Positions 18,200 to 28,765 are shown, numbered from the stretch's first letter. The stretch: 64,000 nt of DNA from an uncultured Gammaproteobacteria bacterium (GCA_964654485.1 CAZZJI010000002.1:57702-121701), one strand, 5' to 3'. A program made the numbers and translations. The notes: generated from the letters alone by a model not told the origin.

Positions 18200-19325
18200 T
18201 ACGTTCTCCACAACTGCTTTCTCCACAACAGCCCTCTCCACAAATGACATTCACTTCTTCTGTAAAATCTATACTGGCTGGACACCAGGTGATACAACGG
18301 CCACAGCCTACGCAGCCGGAACGGCCATATTGATCGTGCCAACTTCCAAGCTTATGCGTCAACCACTGACGATACCGAAATTTCGTTTCTGCTCGGACAA
18401 CCAGACCGTGCATATAGCTATGCTCTTGTGTAAAACAAGAACTCCATTGTCGATAATGACTTATTTCCTTCGCATCCAATGTGACATCGTCGTGTTCACT
18501 GTGACAAAAGCAAGTGGGACAAACTGCGGTACAATTTCCACAGGATAGGCAACGCTCGGCTATCTTTTGCCATTGAGGATGATCCAGTTGTTCGAATAGG
18601 CTATCGCGTAAATTACGTCCAGGTAAAGTTCGCGTTTGTTTTTTGGCGGTATATTCTATCTGATGTCGTGCTTCAAGTAATTGTTGTTCAGTGGCCGTGT
18701 TGAGATGAAGTTGATCCAATATTTTTTGACCTTGTTCGGACCCGCTAGTGATAATGAAACCGTTATCAAGTTCCAGCAATGACAAATCAAAACCTGCTTT
18801 CACTTCAGGTCCATCACCGGTTGACACACAAAAACAGGTTTCTGCAGAATGTGTACAACCCACTGCAACAATAAGCATGTTTTCACGACGTGCTTTGTAA
18901 TAGGGATCCTGATACTCTCCCTGCAAAAAATGCTTATCCTGTAACTCGAGTGCGGCCAGATCACATGCGCGTACACCAATCATGGCCAGATGTTCTGGTG
19001 CCGGTATTGTCTGAGTAAAGTCAATGTTGGTCTTTTCTTTTCGAGTCGCCTTCCAAAGGTATTCTCTGGGGGTAAAAAGAAAGGGTTTGAGGTTCTGCGG
19101 TCCGTTGGCCCATGAAAACCAACGACCGTTACCCGTCTTTTTTAGTTTATATCGCCCGGGTGCTTGTTCATCTTGAATATCGAGTGGAAAATCTGCCGTA
19201 GTATGCACTTCATCGTAAACAATAGCGTCATCCTTTAATTTAGGTCCAATAAGTTTATACCCATCACTTTGTAAGGAGATAATAAGGTTCTGAAATTTTT
19301 TTCGGTTTAAAAAAAATGACGTCAT
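18192..19325 (-). CDS. Hydrogenase beta subunit (Fe-S cluster protein; sulfhydrogenase HydB-like)
   Basis: Several CxxCxxC...CP ferredoxin motifs (CLSCGNCTAVCPTCFCH; CVGCGRCITWCP). Confidence 0.8.
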   Translation of the reverse strand: MTSFFLNRKKFQNLIISLQSDGYKLIGPKLKDDAIVYDEVHTTADFPLDIQDEQAPGRYKLKKTGNGRWFSWANGPQNLKPFLFTPREYLWKATRKEKTNIDFTQTIPAPEHLAMIGVRACDLAALELQDKHFLQGEYQDPYYKARRENMLIVAVGCTHSAETCFCVSTGDGPEVKAGFDLSLLELDNGFIITSGSEQGQKILDQLHLNTATEQQLLEARHQIEYTAKKQTRTLPGRNLRDSLFEQLDHPQWQKIAERCLSCGNCTAVCPTCFCHSEHDDVTLDAKEISHYRQWSSCFTQEHSYMHGLVVRAETKFRYRQWLTHKLGSWHDQYGRSGCVGCGRCITWCPASIDFTEEVNVICGEGCCGESSCGERNA

Positions 19326-19593
19326 TGATTATTGTTCATCTTAAATAACACTCAGCAGATTTCATGTCTGATTTGTAATTAATCGTTTTAATTCTTCAAT
19401 AATACATCCTAGCGCTAAAAGGGGCTTTAATTATATAGGTATTTCTCATTAAGTAATGTTTTATTGTGTCCACCAATGCAGTGGCCAACGTTCCATTTAA
19501 TTTAAAAAAATAGCAATAATGAGTAACTAATATATTCTCTGTGTGGATTTTGCCGTATGATCTTGTAATATCCTCGATGATCAGGAATTCTTA

Positions 19594-21060
19594 GTGAGAA
19601 GAACTATAGGGTCATTTCTTGGGCCGGCAATTTTTATTTTTTTTATAGTGATTCCCGTGCCGGAGACCATGTCTAAAGAAGCAATGTATACCGCCGGTAT
19701 CGCATTGCTAATGGCAACGTGGTGGCTAACTGAAGCCATTCCGATACCGGCGACCGCTCTACTTCCTTTAGTGCTTTTCCCCGCCCTGGGTGTTGCCACG
19801 GTAGCCGAAGTGTCCGCCAATTATGGCAATCATATTATATTTTTATTTATGGGTGGGTTTTTTATTGCCAAGGCTGTAGAGAAATGGCATTTACATAAAC
19901 GTATCGCATTGCATACCATCAGGCTTGTCGGCGTGACACCAGAACGTATTGTGTTGGGTTTCATGCTTGTGACTGCGTTCTTATCTATGTGGGTCAGTAA
20001 TACAGCAACATGTATGATGATGGTGACGATTGCCATAGCGGTGCTTAAGCAGAAAAACAACACTGAAATCAACCAGGCCGGCCACGCGATGTTTGCAACG
20101 GCATTAATGTTAAGCATAGCTTATGCGGCGTCAATCGGTGGTGTCGCAACCTTAATAGGTAGCCCACCCAATGCAATTCTGGCCGGTATTGCTGAACAAC
20201 AATACGGCTATACAATCAGTTTTGTCGACTGGCTAATGTTTGGTTTGCCTTTGTCTATCGTCATGTTGGTCGTGGCTTGGTTTTATCTTACAAAACTGGC
20301 CTACCGTGACATCGATTTTGAATTAACTGGTGGTATGAAAACAATTGAGCAAGAAATCCAAAATATGGGCACCATGAGTACACAGGAGAAGCGGGTTTTA
20401 TTTGTTTTCGTCAGCGTGGCAATTGCATGGATAGTCCGCGGACTGGTTGATATAGACGCTTTCAAAATGATAAAGGACTCAACTATCGCCATTGCTGGTG
20501 CCATTATCCTGTTCATAATTCCAGCTGGATCAAATCCTGCCTCATCAAATAAAATGGAATTTCTACTCGATTGGCAGACTGCTGTGACAATTCCATGGGA
20601 TATTCTAATTTTATTCGGTGGTGGTTTCGCACTAGCGCATGGTGTTGCCAGTAGCGGATTAACTCAATGGATTGGACAGGAACTGAGTGTATTGCAGGGT
20701 AGCAACCTGATTATTGTACTCTTTATCGTTGTGACAATAATGGTGTTTTTAACAGAAATTACTTCTAATACAGCAACGGCAGTCTTGCTTGTGCCTGTAT
20801 TGGGCGCCTTGGCATCGGCAATTGAGAGCCATCCTTTGGGTCTAATGGTGGCAGCAGCCATAGCAGCTTCATTTGCATTCATGTTACCCGTTGCAACGCC
20901 GCCCAATGCGATTGTATTCAGTAGCCGGCAGATTAGTATTCCACAAATGGCTACGGCCGGTATCTGGCTAAATCTTGTGGGTATTGTCGTGATTACTGTA
21001 TTTGTCATGTTACTGCTACCAGTCATATGGGGTATCAATATTCATCGTTTTCCAGGTTGA
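19594..21060 (+). CDS. DASS-family (SLC13-like) Na+/anion symporter
   Basis: 488-aa polytopic protein with duplicated hairpin motifs (…SNTAT… twice), typical of the divalent-anion:Na+ symporter family. Confidence 0.8.
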   Translation: MRRTIGSFLGPAIFIFFIVIPVPETMSKEAMYTAGIALLMATWWLTEAIPIPATALLPLVLFPALGVATVAEVSANYGNHIIFLFMGGFFIAKAVEKWHLHKRIALHTIRLVGVTPERIVLGFMLVTAFLSMWVSNTATCMMMVTIAIAVLKQKNNTEINQAGHAMFATALMLSIAYAASIGGVATLIGSPPNAILAGIAEQQYGYTISFVDWLMFGLPLSIVMLVVAWFYLTKLAYRDIDFELTGGMKTIEQEIQNMGTMSTQEKRVLFVFVSVAIAWIVRGLVDIDAFKMIKDSTIAIAGAIILFIIPAGSNPASSNKMEFLLDWQTAVTIPWDILILFGGGFALAHGVASSGLTQWIGQELSVLQGSNLIIVLFIVVTIMVFLTEITSNTATAVLLVPVLGALASAIESHPLGLMVAAAIAASFAFMLPVATPPNAIVFSSRQISIPQMATAGIWLNLVGIVVITVFVMLLLPVIWGINIHRFPG

Positions 21061-21349
21061 ATTGGAAAATAGCAACTAATCTCAGAATGTTTCTTTTTTA
21101 GAATTAGTTGTCGCCCAACCGAGTTCTACTTCGACGCAAAGCAAAGCCTTACCCATAGCGGATAGGATTTGAGTGTTCAGAGTATGACCATTATTGTTCC
21201 CGGCAAGGCGCGAGGACGCAGTATGGCAGCCCCCTATCAGGAGGAACAACGCCGCCGGGGGCAAAAAAGGGGGCGTGCTTGCTATGGACACCTATATCCT
21301 ATTTGCTACGGGTATAGATTCCAAAATATGGATTGCAACGGCAAAATTA

Positions 21350-21562
21350 TTAATATATATCTCTATTTTGTTTTTCAGTACGATGTGCAAAATATATACC
21401 AAATGCTTCGATTGTAAAACCAACTATCAACAACACCACTCCTGTTATCGTTTCTGGTGCAAACCACAGTATCAATCCTCCTAGTAACATTAATACACTC
21501 GCAACAATCCTACGCGGAATTATTCCATAAAGAGTTTTGTTAAGAGTACTTTTTGGGCTCAT
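21350..21562 (-). CDS. Small two-helix membrane protein (hypothetical)
   Basis: 70 aa with two clear hydrophobic helices. No convincing SD sequence. Confidence 0.3.
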   Translation of the reverse strand: MSPKSTLNKTLYGIIPRRIVASVLMLLGGLILWFAPETITGVVLLIVGFTIEAFGIYFAHRTEKQNRDIY

Positions 21563-21795
21563 GTGATTAAACTCATTTTTGTAACAAATAACTCTATATA
21601 TTAAGTATAGAAGAATGGGTGGTATTGTCTCTTTCTATAAGCCTTAGCCTATTTAAGTATATTTACCGTTTTTTCTATATCCAATCAACCTAAGGCTAGT
21701 ACTCTAACATTATCTGTTTGTTTTATTTAAATTTATTTATACTATTCCTGTAGTTCACAACGCAACTTAGACAAATAATTGAAGTCCAATCGCTC

Positions 21796-22029
21796 ATGAA
21801 AACGCGCTTGCTAAAACAAATACTGATTATCCCATTCATTATCCTCTTATCAGCTTGTATATCAACAATACCGAAAGAAATACGGGAAGCACCCCTGAAA
21901 AATACACCGGCCGCTGAAGTACGCACTTATGTAGACGGGTTTATAGGCCAAACTGGTATTTTTATCTATGGTATCCTGACTATTATTATCGGCATTATTA
22001 TTATCCCTATTGGTAGTCGTACGCAATGA
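21796..22029 (+). CDS. Small lipoprotein (hypothetical)
   Basis: Lipobox LLSAC. 4-nt overlap with the downstream slp-like gene. Confidence 0.4.
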   Translation: MKTRLLKQILIIPFIILLSACISTIPKEIREAPLKNTPAAEVRTYVDGFIGQTGIFIYGILTIIIGIIIIPIGSRTQ

Positions 22030-22529
22030 AGACGATGAGCAAACCGCTGCAAAAATTATTCATGTTAATCCTGTTAGTCATATTAACGGCTTGCGCAACG
22101 GGACCACGCTATGATACGGCACGATACGATCAGCGTTTAACACCACAACAGAGTAAAGCGGATATTGAAAATACAAAAGATTCATTTGTTCTTTGGGGGG
22201 GTGTCATTATCAGTAGCACTAATCTGGAAGACGCTACGCAGCTCGAAATACTCAGTTACCCATTGAATTCCTCGCAGCAACCCGATACGACGCAAACACC
22301 TCGTGATAGATTTCTTATTATCAAAAAAGAATATTTAGAAACAATTGATTACGCGCAAGGCCGGCTTATCACTGTGGCTGGCGTATTGACCGGCTCCCGT
22401 GCCGGACAAGTGGGTGAATCGACCTATATATACCCCGTTGTTAAAGCAGACCATCTTTATCTATGGGGGAAAAACAGTTCAACGGATACAAAAGTTCATT
22501 TTGGGCTAGGAGTAATACTGAGTAACTGA
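22026..22529 (+). CDS. slp: Slp-family outer-membrane lipoprotein
   Basis: Lipobox ILTAC and the LWGGVI core characteristic of starvation lipoprotein Slp. Confidence 0.65.
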   Translation: MKTMSKPLQKLFMLILLVILTACATGPRYDTARYDQRLTPQQSKADIENTKDSFVLWGGVIISSTNLEDATQLEILSYPLNSSQQPDTTQTPRDRFLIIKKEYLETIDYAQGRLITVAGVLTGSRAGQVGESTYIYPVVKADHLYLWGKNSSTDTKVHFGLGVILSN

Positions 22530-22741
22530 TCGGTATATCTCCACGCATTGTTCTGAGAATTTCTTATTTTAAGAGTTCTATTGATTTTCAAAGCATAAAT
22601 ACACTCTATAGCGATTCCAAATAATTAATCGCTTTGTGGGCTTACAGTGCACTAGTTTAATAAGGTACTATTATTATTGTAAGAGTCGTGATGAATTGAT
22701 ATAAAGGGAATTGTATATTTATAATTAAAGGAATCGAAGCT

Positions 22742-23044
22742 ATGAACATTCCACTCATTACGATCCCACTGTTAGTACTATTGGTCTTGCTGCTTGGAGG
22801 CTGTGCCGCTACGCCAGACCTTGCCAAATTAGAATCATCTGTTGAAGCTGCTCAACTTACTGCAGATGAAGCAAAAGCGATGGCGCTAAAGGCGCAAGGA
22901 ACGGCAGACCGTGCGATAACGTTGGCTGAAGAAGCCATTGACAAAGCCAATGGTGCTGAATCTACGGCTCAAAGGGCGTTAACGGAAGCACAGCGCGCCA
23001 ACAAAAAAGCTGAACGCATGTTTCAAAAAGCCATTAGCAAATAA
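22742..23044 (+). CDS. Lpp-like (Braun-type) alanine-zipper lipoprotein with C-terminal Lys
   Basis: Lipobox LLGGC, an Ala-rich heptad coiled coil, and a terminal …AISK (C-terminal Lys as in Lpp). Confidence 0.55.
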   Translation: MNIPLITIPLLVLLVLLLGGCAATPDLAKLESSVEAAQLTADEAKAMALKAQGTADRAITLAEEAIDKANGAESTAQRALTEAQRANKKAERMFQKAISK

Positions 23045-23111
23045 ACGATAATTTGCTAAGCACATCATCGTCAGGCCCTCTGTGTCAGGATAGCTGTCGA
23101 CAACATGTCGC

Positions 23112-24164
23112 TTAATGTATTGAATTTAAAGACGCAGTATTTTTATCATAAATAGCTGTTGGTACACCTGTTTGGTGATTAGCCATGCCAATAATATGAT
23201 CCCATTCTGATGAAGATAACTCACCTATACCTGCGTTAACTAACGCCGACACTATGGGTGTCAAGTTTGTGTGGCTTGAAGTGCCCCTTTTTGCCTTTGG
23301 TATATGTGTCTCCATAAATAATATTCCATTTTTATTTCCTACTTTATAAGGCTGGTCCACAATACGTACCGATGTTCCCAAAGGAACCAATGTAACAAGT
23401 TGCCTAATATCCTCTGGATATAGGCGTAAACAGCCACTGCTAACACGCATACCGATACCAAATGGTCTATTAGTACCATGTAAAAATAAACCATCGTTGT
23501 TGAGCCTCATTGCATATTCACCGAGTGGATTGTCGGGGCCTGCGGGAATTACTCGTTGAGGCGAGAGAACACCATTTGCTAAAGCCCTGGCATAAGCCTC
23601 TTCCGGCATTGTCCAGTTTGGGTTTTTGATTTTCATTAATATTTTGAATTTTCCCTGCGGAGTTGGTTTATACTGGCGACCAATACTAAGAGGATAGGTA
23701 ATGACTTTGCGCGCTTCTCCCACCTTTGATTGAGGAAAATAGTACAAGCGCAGTTCAGCTAAATTTATTACGATCCCTTTCCATGGCGGCTGCGGCAGCA
23801 CAAACCACGTAGGTACAATAATATGCCTGCCGTGCTCTGGGAGCCATGGATCAACATCCGGATTGGCCGCAGTGATCTCGTTGTAACCCAAGCCAAAGCG
23901 ACGCGCAATATCTAACAAGGTCTCTTCGGCGCGAACCTGCACAATCTGAATACCACCCACAAGAGAATTGCCATTGGTCGGCAAGGTGTAACTGCTGGCC
24001 TCGGACCAGGCGCACACAAAAAGTAAACCCGAAACTAATAGGTAACGACTGATCCTGTAATTCGCAACGCAACGGGGGGTGTTTATACGCCATGTTTCAT
24101 TAGCGCTGCTTGCGTTATAACGGTAACTTGAGTTAAAGTCTTTTCCCGGCATAATGACTACCAC
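23112..24164 (-). CDS. LysM-domain L,D-transpeptidase (YkuD family)
   Basis: LysM (LLDIARRFGLGYNEITAANP) plus the YkuD catalytic motif HGTNRPFGIGMRVSSGCLRL. The exact start is uncertain. Confidence 0.8.
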   Translation of the reverse strand: MVVIMPGKDFNSSYRYNASSANETWRINTPRCVANYRISRYLLVSGLLFVCAWSEASSYTLPTNGNSLVGGIQIVQVRAEETLLDIARRFGLGYNEITAANPDVDPWLPEHGRHIIVPTWFVLPQPPWKGIVINLAELRLYYFPQSKVGEARKVITYPLSIGRQYKPTPQGKFKILMKIKNPNWTMPEEAYARALANGVLSPQRVIPAGPDNPLGEYAMRLNNDGLFLHGTNRPFGIGMRVSSGCLRLYPEDIRQLVTLVPLGTSVRIVDQPYKVGNKNGILFMETHIPKAKRGTSSHTNLTPIVSALVNAGIGELSSSEWDHIIGMANHQTGVPTAIYDKNTASLNSIH

Positions 24165-24340
24165 TCCTCAACAACAAGCAAATAACAAGCAAATTAGTCA
24201 AGTTTGAAGCACATCATCTGCACGTTGTTTTCATAATATACCTTATCATATGTAAAGTCTGGTTGGGTAAGCTGACTTTGTTAAAACAAACAGGTTTTAC
24301 ATCCGGATGGCGGTTGAAGCGCACTGTTTTACTGCCGTCA

Positions 24341-25714
24341 TTAGCCGCTAGACTCTAAATACTTATCAACCTCTGTTGAGAGATCTTTTAGCGATTGAGA
24401 TACATAAACAGGGTATGTATAGTCTGTCTCTAATTCACGTAAAGGTTCTGGTAAACAGGCCAATTGAATTTTTGTTTTTTCTCGAATTTCGTCAAGGGTC
24501 TTGGCCGGTTGTATGCGTTTACCGTTTTTCATAACAGGCTGAATCAGTGGCTCACCTTCTTGCTGCTCATTTTCTAAAGTAAGCACATCTTTTACTATAA
24601 TATTCTGCTTATTTTTTTGCCGAAAAACCTGTTTTCTACCCGGCCAGGTTGCTTTACCTTCTGATTGTTTTCGACGCGCAACAGCGGCATACTCTTGTAA
24701 TTTATATGCACAGTCGAGACAAGGGGCATCTGCGGAGGTATCCATATTGGTTCCAATACCAAAACCATCGATAGGCGCCTGAACTTTGAGTAGCTTGTTT
24801 AATTGATATTCATCGATACCACCGCTAGAGAATATAGTGACATACTCTAATCCACCTTGATCGAGAATGGAGCGTACTTTTTTGGCGTGCGACGCAAGAT
24901 CACCACTGTCCAGACGCACCGCCTTTATTTTAATATTTTCGCGCTTCAGGCGGGGTGCCAATTTAACCACTTTTTTAGCACCTTCTTCCGTATTATAAGT
25001 ATCAATCAGTAATACCACGTTTTCTGGTTGCGCTTTTGCAAAGTGTTCAAATGCGGATAACTCGTCATCGTGTGCTTGTATAAATGAATGCGCCATGGTG
25101 CCGAATATGGGGATGCCAAACTCCTTGGCGGCTAAAACAGTTGCTGAACCAGAAAAGCCCGCCAGATAACTTGCTCTCGCGGCCAGTAAGGCTGCCTCTG
25201 CACCATGTGCCCGCCGCATGCCAAAATCCACCAATAATTTGTCTGCTGCCATTAATACACAGCGTACGGCTTTACTTGCAATAACTGTTTGAAAGTGTAA
25301 TAAATTGATTAACCGACTCTCAACAATTTGAGCTTCCGGCAGCGGCGCTACAACGCGTAATATTGGTTCATCGGGAAAGAATACGGTCCCTTCCGGCATC
25401 GCATACACATCACCATTAAAACGAAGTGTACTTAAGTAATCTATAAAACGATTATTAAAACGTTTACTAGCAGCTAACCAATCTAACTCTTCAGTAGTAA
25501 ACCGAAAAGTCTCGAAATATTGGAGAACCTGCTCTAACCCAGCTGCAATCAAAAATCCACGATTGTTTGGTAGCCGCCTGACAAAGAACTCGAAAACGGC
25601 GATGCCATTCATTTTTTGCTCAAAATAGCCTTGCAACATTGTTAACTCATACAAGTCAGTTAACAATGTATCTGCATGTTGATTATTAATTCCTTTTATC
25701 ACGCTTGTAACCAC
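24341..25714 (-). CDS. pncB: Nicotinate phosphoribosyltransferase
   Basis: LLTDLYELTMLQGYF N-terminal signature of NAPRTase; 457 aa. Confidence 0.9.
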   Translation of the reverse strand: MVTSVIKGINNQHADTLLTDLYELTMLQGYFEQKMNGIAVFEFFVRRLPNNRGFLIAAGLEQVLQYFETFRFTTEELDWLAASKRFNNRFIDYLSTLRFNGDVYAMPEGTVFFPDEPILRVVAPLPEAQIVESRLINLLHFQTVIASKAVRCVLMAADKLLVDFGMRRAHGAEAALLAARASYLAGFSGSATVLAAKEFGIPIFGTMAHSFIQAHDDELSAFEHFAKAQPENVVLLIDTYNTEEGAKKVVKLAPRLKRENIKIKAVRLDSGDLASHAKKVRSILDQGGLEYVTIFSSGGIDEYQLNKLLKVQAPIDGFGIGTNMDTSADAPCLDCAYKLQEYAAVARRKQSEGKATWPGRKQVFRQKNKQNIIVKDVLTLENEQQEGEPLIQPVMKNGKRIQPAKTLDEIREKTKIQLACLPEPLRELETDYTYPVYVSQSLKDLSTEVDKYLESSG

Positions 25715-25779
25715 CCAAACCCTAAAATCTGATTGTAATAAATACTATTTTAGTCGAGTTGGAAATACGACTCGAACAA

Positions 25780-26361
25780 TCAATTAAAAGACTTGTCAAT
25801 CACTGGCAACACACCTAAGTCAAACATTTTTTGTACAGCGACATCCCCATCCTTAACATCAACTGCGCGTATCGCATCAACTAATAAAAATACAGTGAAC
25901 TGATGCTTGATCGCATCTTTTACGGTATTCAATACACAATAGTCGGTTGCAAGTCCACCGATAAACAGTCGTGTAATCCCCGCTTCTTCCAGCAATTTGT
26001 TCAAATTTGTATTTACGAAGCCAGAATAGGCATCTATTTCCGCTCTATCTGCCTTGGAAATAACGATCGTGTTGTTGGGTAAATTCAGTGTATCCGCAAA
26101 GTCTGCACCTTTGGTTCCTGCGATACAATGGGGTGGCCATATACCCCCATGCTCACTAAATGAAATATGGTTTTTAGGATGCCAATCGCGTGTCGCAAAG
26201 ATTGGCAGCTTCTTTTCCTTGAACAATTCAATATAAAGATTCAGCACATCGATGACTATGTCGCCATTTGTAATTGCCATACTGCCACCGGGTAAAAAAT
26301 CATTTTGAACATCAACAATAATCAATGCATCACCTTTGCGAAGTTCAATTTTTCCGGACAT
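25780..26361 (-). CDS. pncA: Nicotinamidase/isochorismatase-family hydrolase
   Basis: ALIIVDVQNDF motif and catalytic Cys (…DYCVL…). Adjacent to pncB. Confidence 0.8.
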   Translation of the reverse strand: MSGKIELRKGDALIIVDVQNDFLPGGSMAITNGDIVIDVLNLYIELFKEKKLPIFATRDWHPKNHISFSEHGGIWPPHCIAGTKGADFADTLNLPNNTIVISKADRAEIDAYSGFVNTNLNKLLEEAGITRLFIGGLATDYCVLNTVKDAIKHQFTVFLLVDAIRAVDVKDGDVAVQKMFDLGVLPVIDKSFN

Positions 26362-26416
26362 TATCTGTCACCTGATTTTTTAACGAATAATTGTATTTTA
26401 TCGTACTAAACCTGCG

Positions 26417-28765
26417 TTAAGAAACAGCTCGCACTGTGGCATCATTTAATAATTCTGGAATCGCGCTTTTCAATACGTCTTCAACGCGCTCTACCAGAAT
26501 AAAACAAATATCTTTTTCTACATGCTCAGGAAGATCACTCAAATCTTTTTTATTCGCTTTAGGAATAATGATGGTTCGAATTCCTACGCGGTGGGCGGCG
26601 AGTATTTTTTCCTTAATACCCCCCACAGGTAAAACCAGACCACTCAAGGTAATTTCCCCCGTCATGGCGATATCATTTCTTACTTGTTGTTGACTGTAAA
26701 GTGATGTCAGTGCGGTAAGCAGCGTTACGCCCGCTGATGGCCCATCTTTAGGTACCGCACCCTCAGGAATATGGATATGCACACCCGATGTCTGTATAAG
26801 CTTTGTATCAATACCCAGTGTATCAGCATGCGACCAGATATAACTTTGCGCCGTTACTGCAGATTCTTGCATTACTTCACCAAGCTGCCCTGTCAGAGTA
26901 AGGTCTTTTTTTCCAGGCAAAATCACTGCTTCAACGTAGAGCAATTGACCACCCATTTCCGTCCAGGCCAAGCCCGCGGCGACCCCGGGTGGTAATATTT
27001 TACGTAGTTGATCTGTATAAAAATATTTTGTACCAAGTAATTCACTTAAATTCTCAGGCAATACGCTTGATATTTGCTTTTCATTGCGTGCTATTTGAGT
27101 AGCCACTTTTCGAGCGATGCGCCCAATTTGACGCTCTAGTTCCCGGACTCCCGCTTCACGTGTATATCGCTGTATAATGTAGGATAAGGTTTTTTCCGGG
27201 ATACTCAATTGATCCTGTGTTATTCCGGCTTCATTAAGTTGACGTTTTATCAAGTAAAGTTGAGCAATTTTTTTCTTTTCTTCTTCGCAATAACCCGGTA
27301 AGCGCAATATTTCCATTCGATCTAACAAAGGTGACGGAATACTATCCAGCGTATTGGCAGTAGCGATAAAAAAAACATTTGTTAAATCAAAAGGAAGGTC
27401 CAGGTAATTATCATGAAATTCTTTATTTTGTTCTGGATCTAAAACCTCCATCAATGCCGCGGCAGGATCGCCCCTGAAATCAGAACCCAGTTTATCGACC
27501 TCATCCAGCATCAGTAATGGATTATTGACACCAGTACGGCGAATGGCGCGAAGAATACGGCCAGGCATGGCACCGATGTAAGTACGTCGGTGACCTCTTA
27601 ATTCTGCTTCATCGTGCAAACCACCCAGGCTAATTCTTTCGAATTTTCGCCCCAACGAATGTGCAATAGATTGCCCTACGGATGTTTTACCCACTCCAGG
27701 TGGGCCGACAAAACACAATATCGGTGATTTTGCTTGCGGATTTAAATTCATTACCGCGAGATGCTCTATAATCCGTTGCTTCACATCGATTAGCCCGTAA
27801 TGATCTCGATTGAGTATTTTTTCGGCGCGATCCAGATCGGTGTTATCTTCTGTGTTTTTATACCAGGGCAGATCTAATAGAAAGTCCACATAGCTGCGGA
27901 TGATCTGGTATTCGGGTGAAGCAGAGGTTAAACGTCCCAGTCGGTTAATCTCTTTTTCCAGTTCTTTGGTTACTATTTCGGGTAGTTTGTTTTCTGTCTG
28001 GCGTTTTTTCAATTCGACAATATCTTCTTGCTCTGGCGTATTCTCTCCCAGCTCTTTCTGAATCGCCTGCAATTGCTGGCGCAGCAGATATTCCTGTTGC
28101 TGCTTGCTCATTTCCGACTTAGCTTGATTGGTAATTCGGTTTCGTAGTTGCAGCACTTGTATTTCATGCATTAAATAGTCGTGTACAAGATGAAACACTT
28201 CAATTTGAGTATTTGCCTGTAAAATTTTAATTTCCTTTTCTACAGACAGTGAGAGTAAAGTAGATATAAGATAGGCTTGGTCGAGTGGCTTATTTATCTC
28301 TGAAATAATGTAATTAACGTCAACTTGTATTTCTGGTTGAACTAATTTAGCCATTTTTGCCGCCAAATCTAATATGGCACGATGTATGGCTTCTATTTCT
28401 GCATTCGTATCGGAGGGCTGCGGTAATTTATGAACATTATAATAATTTTCCTTTTTTGCTACATCAATAAGCTCTATTCTTTCAATGCCTTGCACCATGA
28501 TGTGCACGAGTTTATTTAGGTGTAACATTTTTTTTATAACGGCTAATGTACCCGTGTTATATAAATCATTAATTCCTGGCTTTTCAATTGATGCGTCTTT
28601 TTGGACGAATACACCAATTATTTTATCTTCACTTGCTAAAGCCTCCTCAATCGCTTTAATTGATAGCGGTCTGTTCACTACAATCGGCAAGAATAGTTGA
28701 GGAAATAGTGTGGTATTCTTGAGCGGAATTATCGGTATACACAGGTTTTCAGAGGCAGTAGTCAT
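26417..28765 (-). CDS. lon: ATP-dependent Lon protease (LonA)
   Basis: Lon N-domain, AAA+ Walker [10 protein letters not shown] and the protease domain with the Ser-Lys dyad region ([10 protein letters not shown]). Confidence 0.95.
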   Translation of the reverse strand: MTTASENLCIPIIPLKNTTLFPQLFLPIVVNRPLSIKAIEEALASEDKIIGVFVQKDASIEKPGINDLYNTGTLAVIKKMLHLNKLVHIMVQGIERIELIDVAKKENYYNVHKLPQPSDTNAEIEAIHRAILDLAAKMAKLVQPEIQVDVNYIISEINKPLDQAYLISTLLSLSVEKEIKILQANTQIEVFHLVHDYLMHEIQVLQLRNRITNQAKSEMSKQQQEYLLRQQLQAIQKELGENTPEQEDIVELKKRQTENKLPEIVTKELEKEINRLGRLTSASPEYQIIRSYVDFLLDLPWYKNTEDNTDLDRAEKILNRDHYGLIDVKQRIIEHLAVMNLNPQAKSPILCFVGPPGVGKTSVGQSIAHSLGRKFERISLGGLHDEAELRGHRRTYIGAMPGRILRAIRRTGVNNPLLMLDEVDKLGSDFRGDPAAALMEVLDPEQNKEFHDNYLDLPFDLTNVFFIATANTLDSIPSPLLDRMEILRLPGYCEEEKKKIAQLYLIKRQLNEAGITQDQLSIPEKTLSYIIQRYTREAGVRELERQIGRIARKVATQIARNEKQISSVLPENLSELLGTKYFYTDQLRKILPPGVAAGLAWTEMGGQLLYVEAVILPGKKDLTLTGQLGEVMQESAVTAQSYIWSHADTLGIDTKLIQTSGVHIHIPEGAVPKDGPSAGVTLLTALTSLYSQQQVRNDIAMTGEITLSGLVLPVGGIKEKILAAHRVGIRTIIIPKANKKDLSDLPEHVEKDICFILVERVEDVLKSAIPELLNDATVRAVS

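Noticed and set aside
19581-20117. Minus-strand ORFs (79 and 95 aa) overlapping the DASS transporter 5' end
   Set aside because: Antisense to a well-supported transporter gene; hydrophobic shadow translations.
23851-24093. 80-aa minus-strand ORF nested in the L,D-transpeptidase gene
   Set aside because: Alternative frame of the same region; the LysM-YkuD frame carries the recognisable domains.
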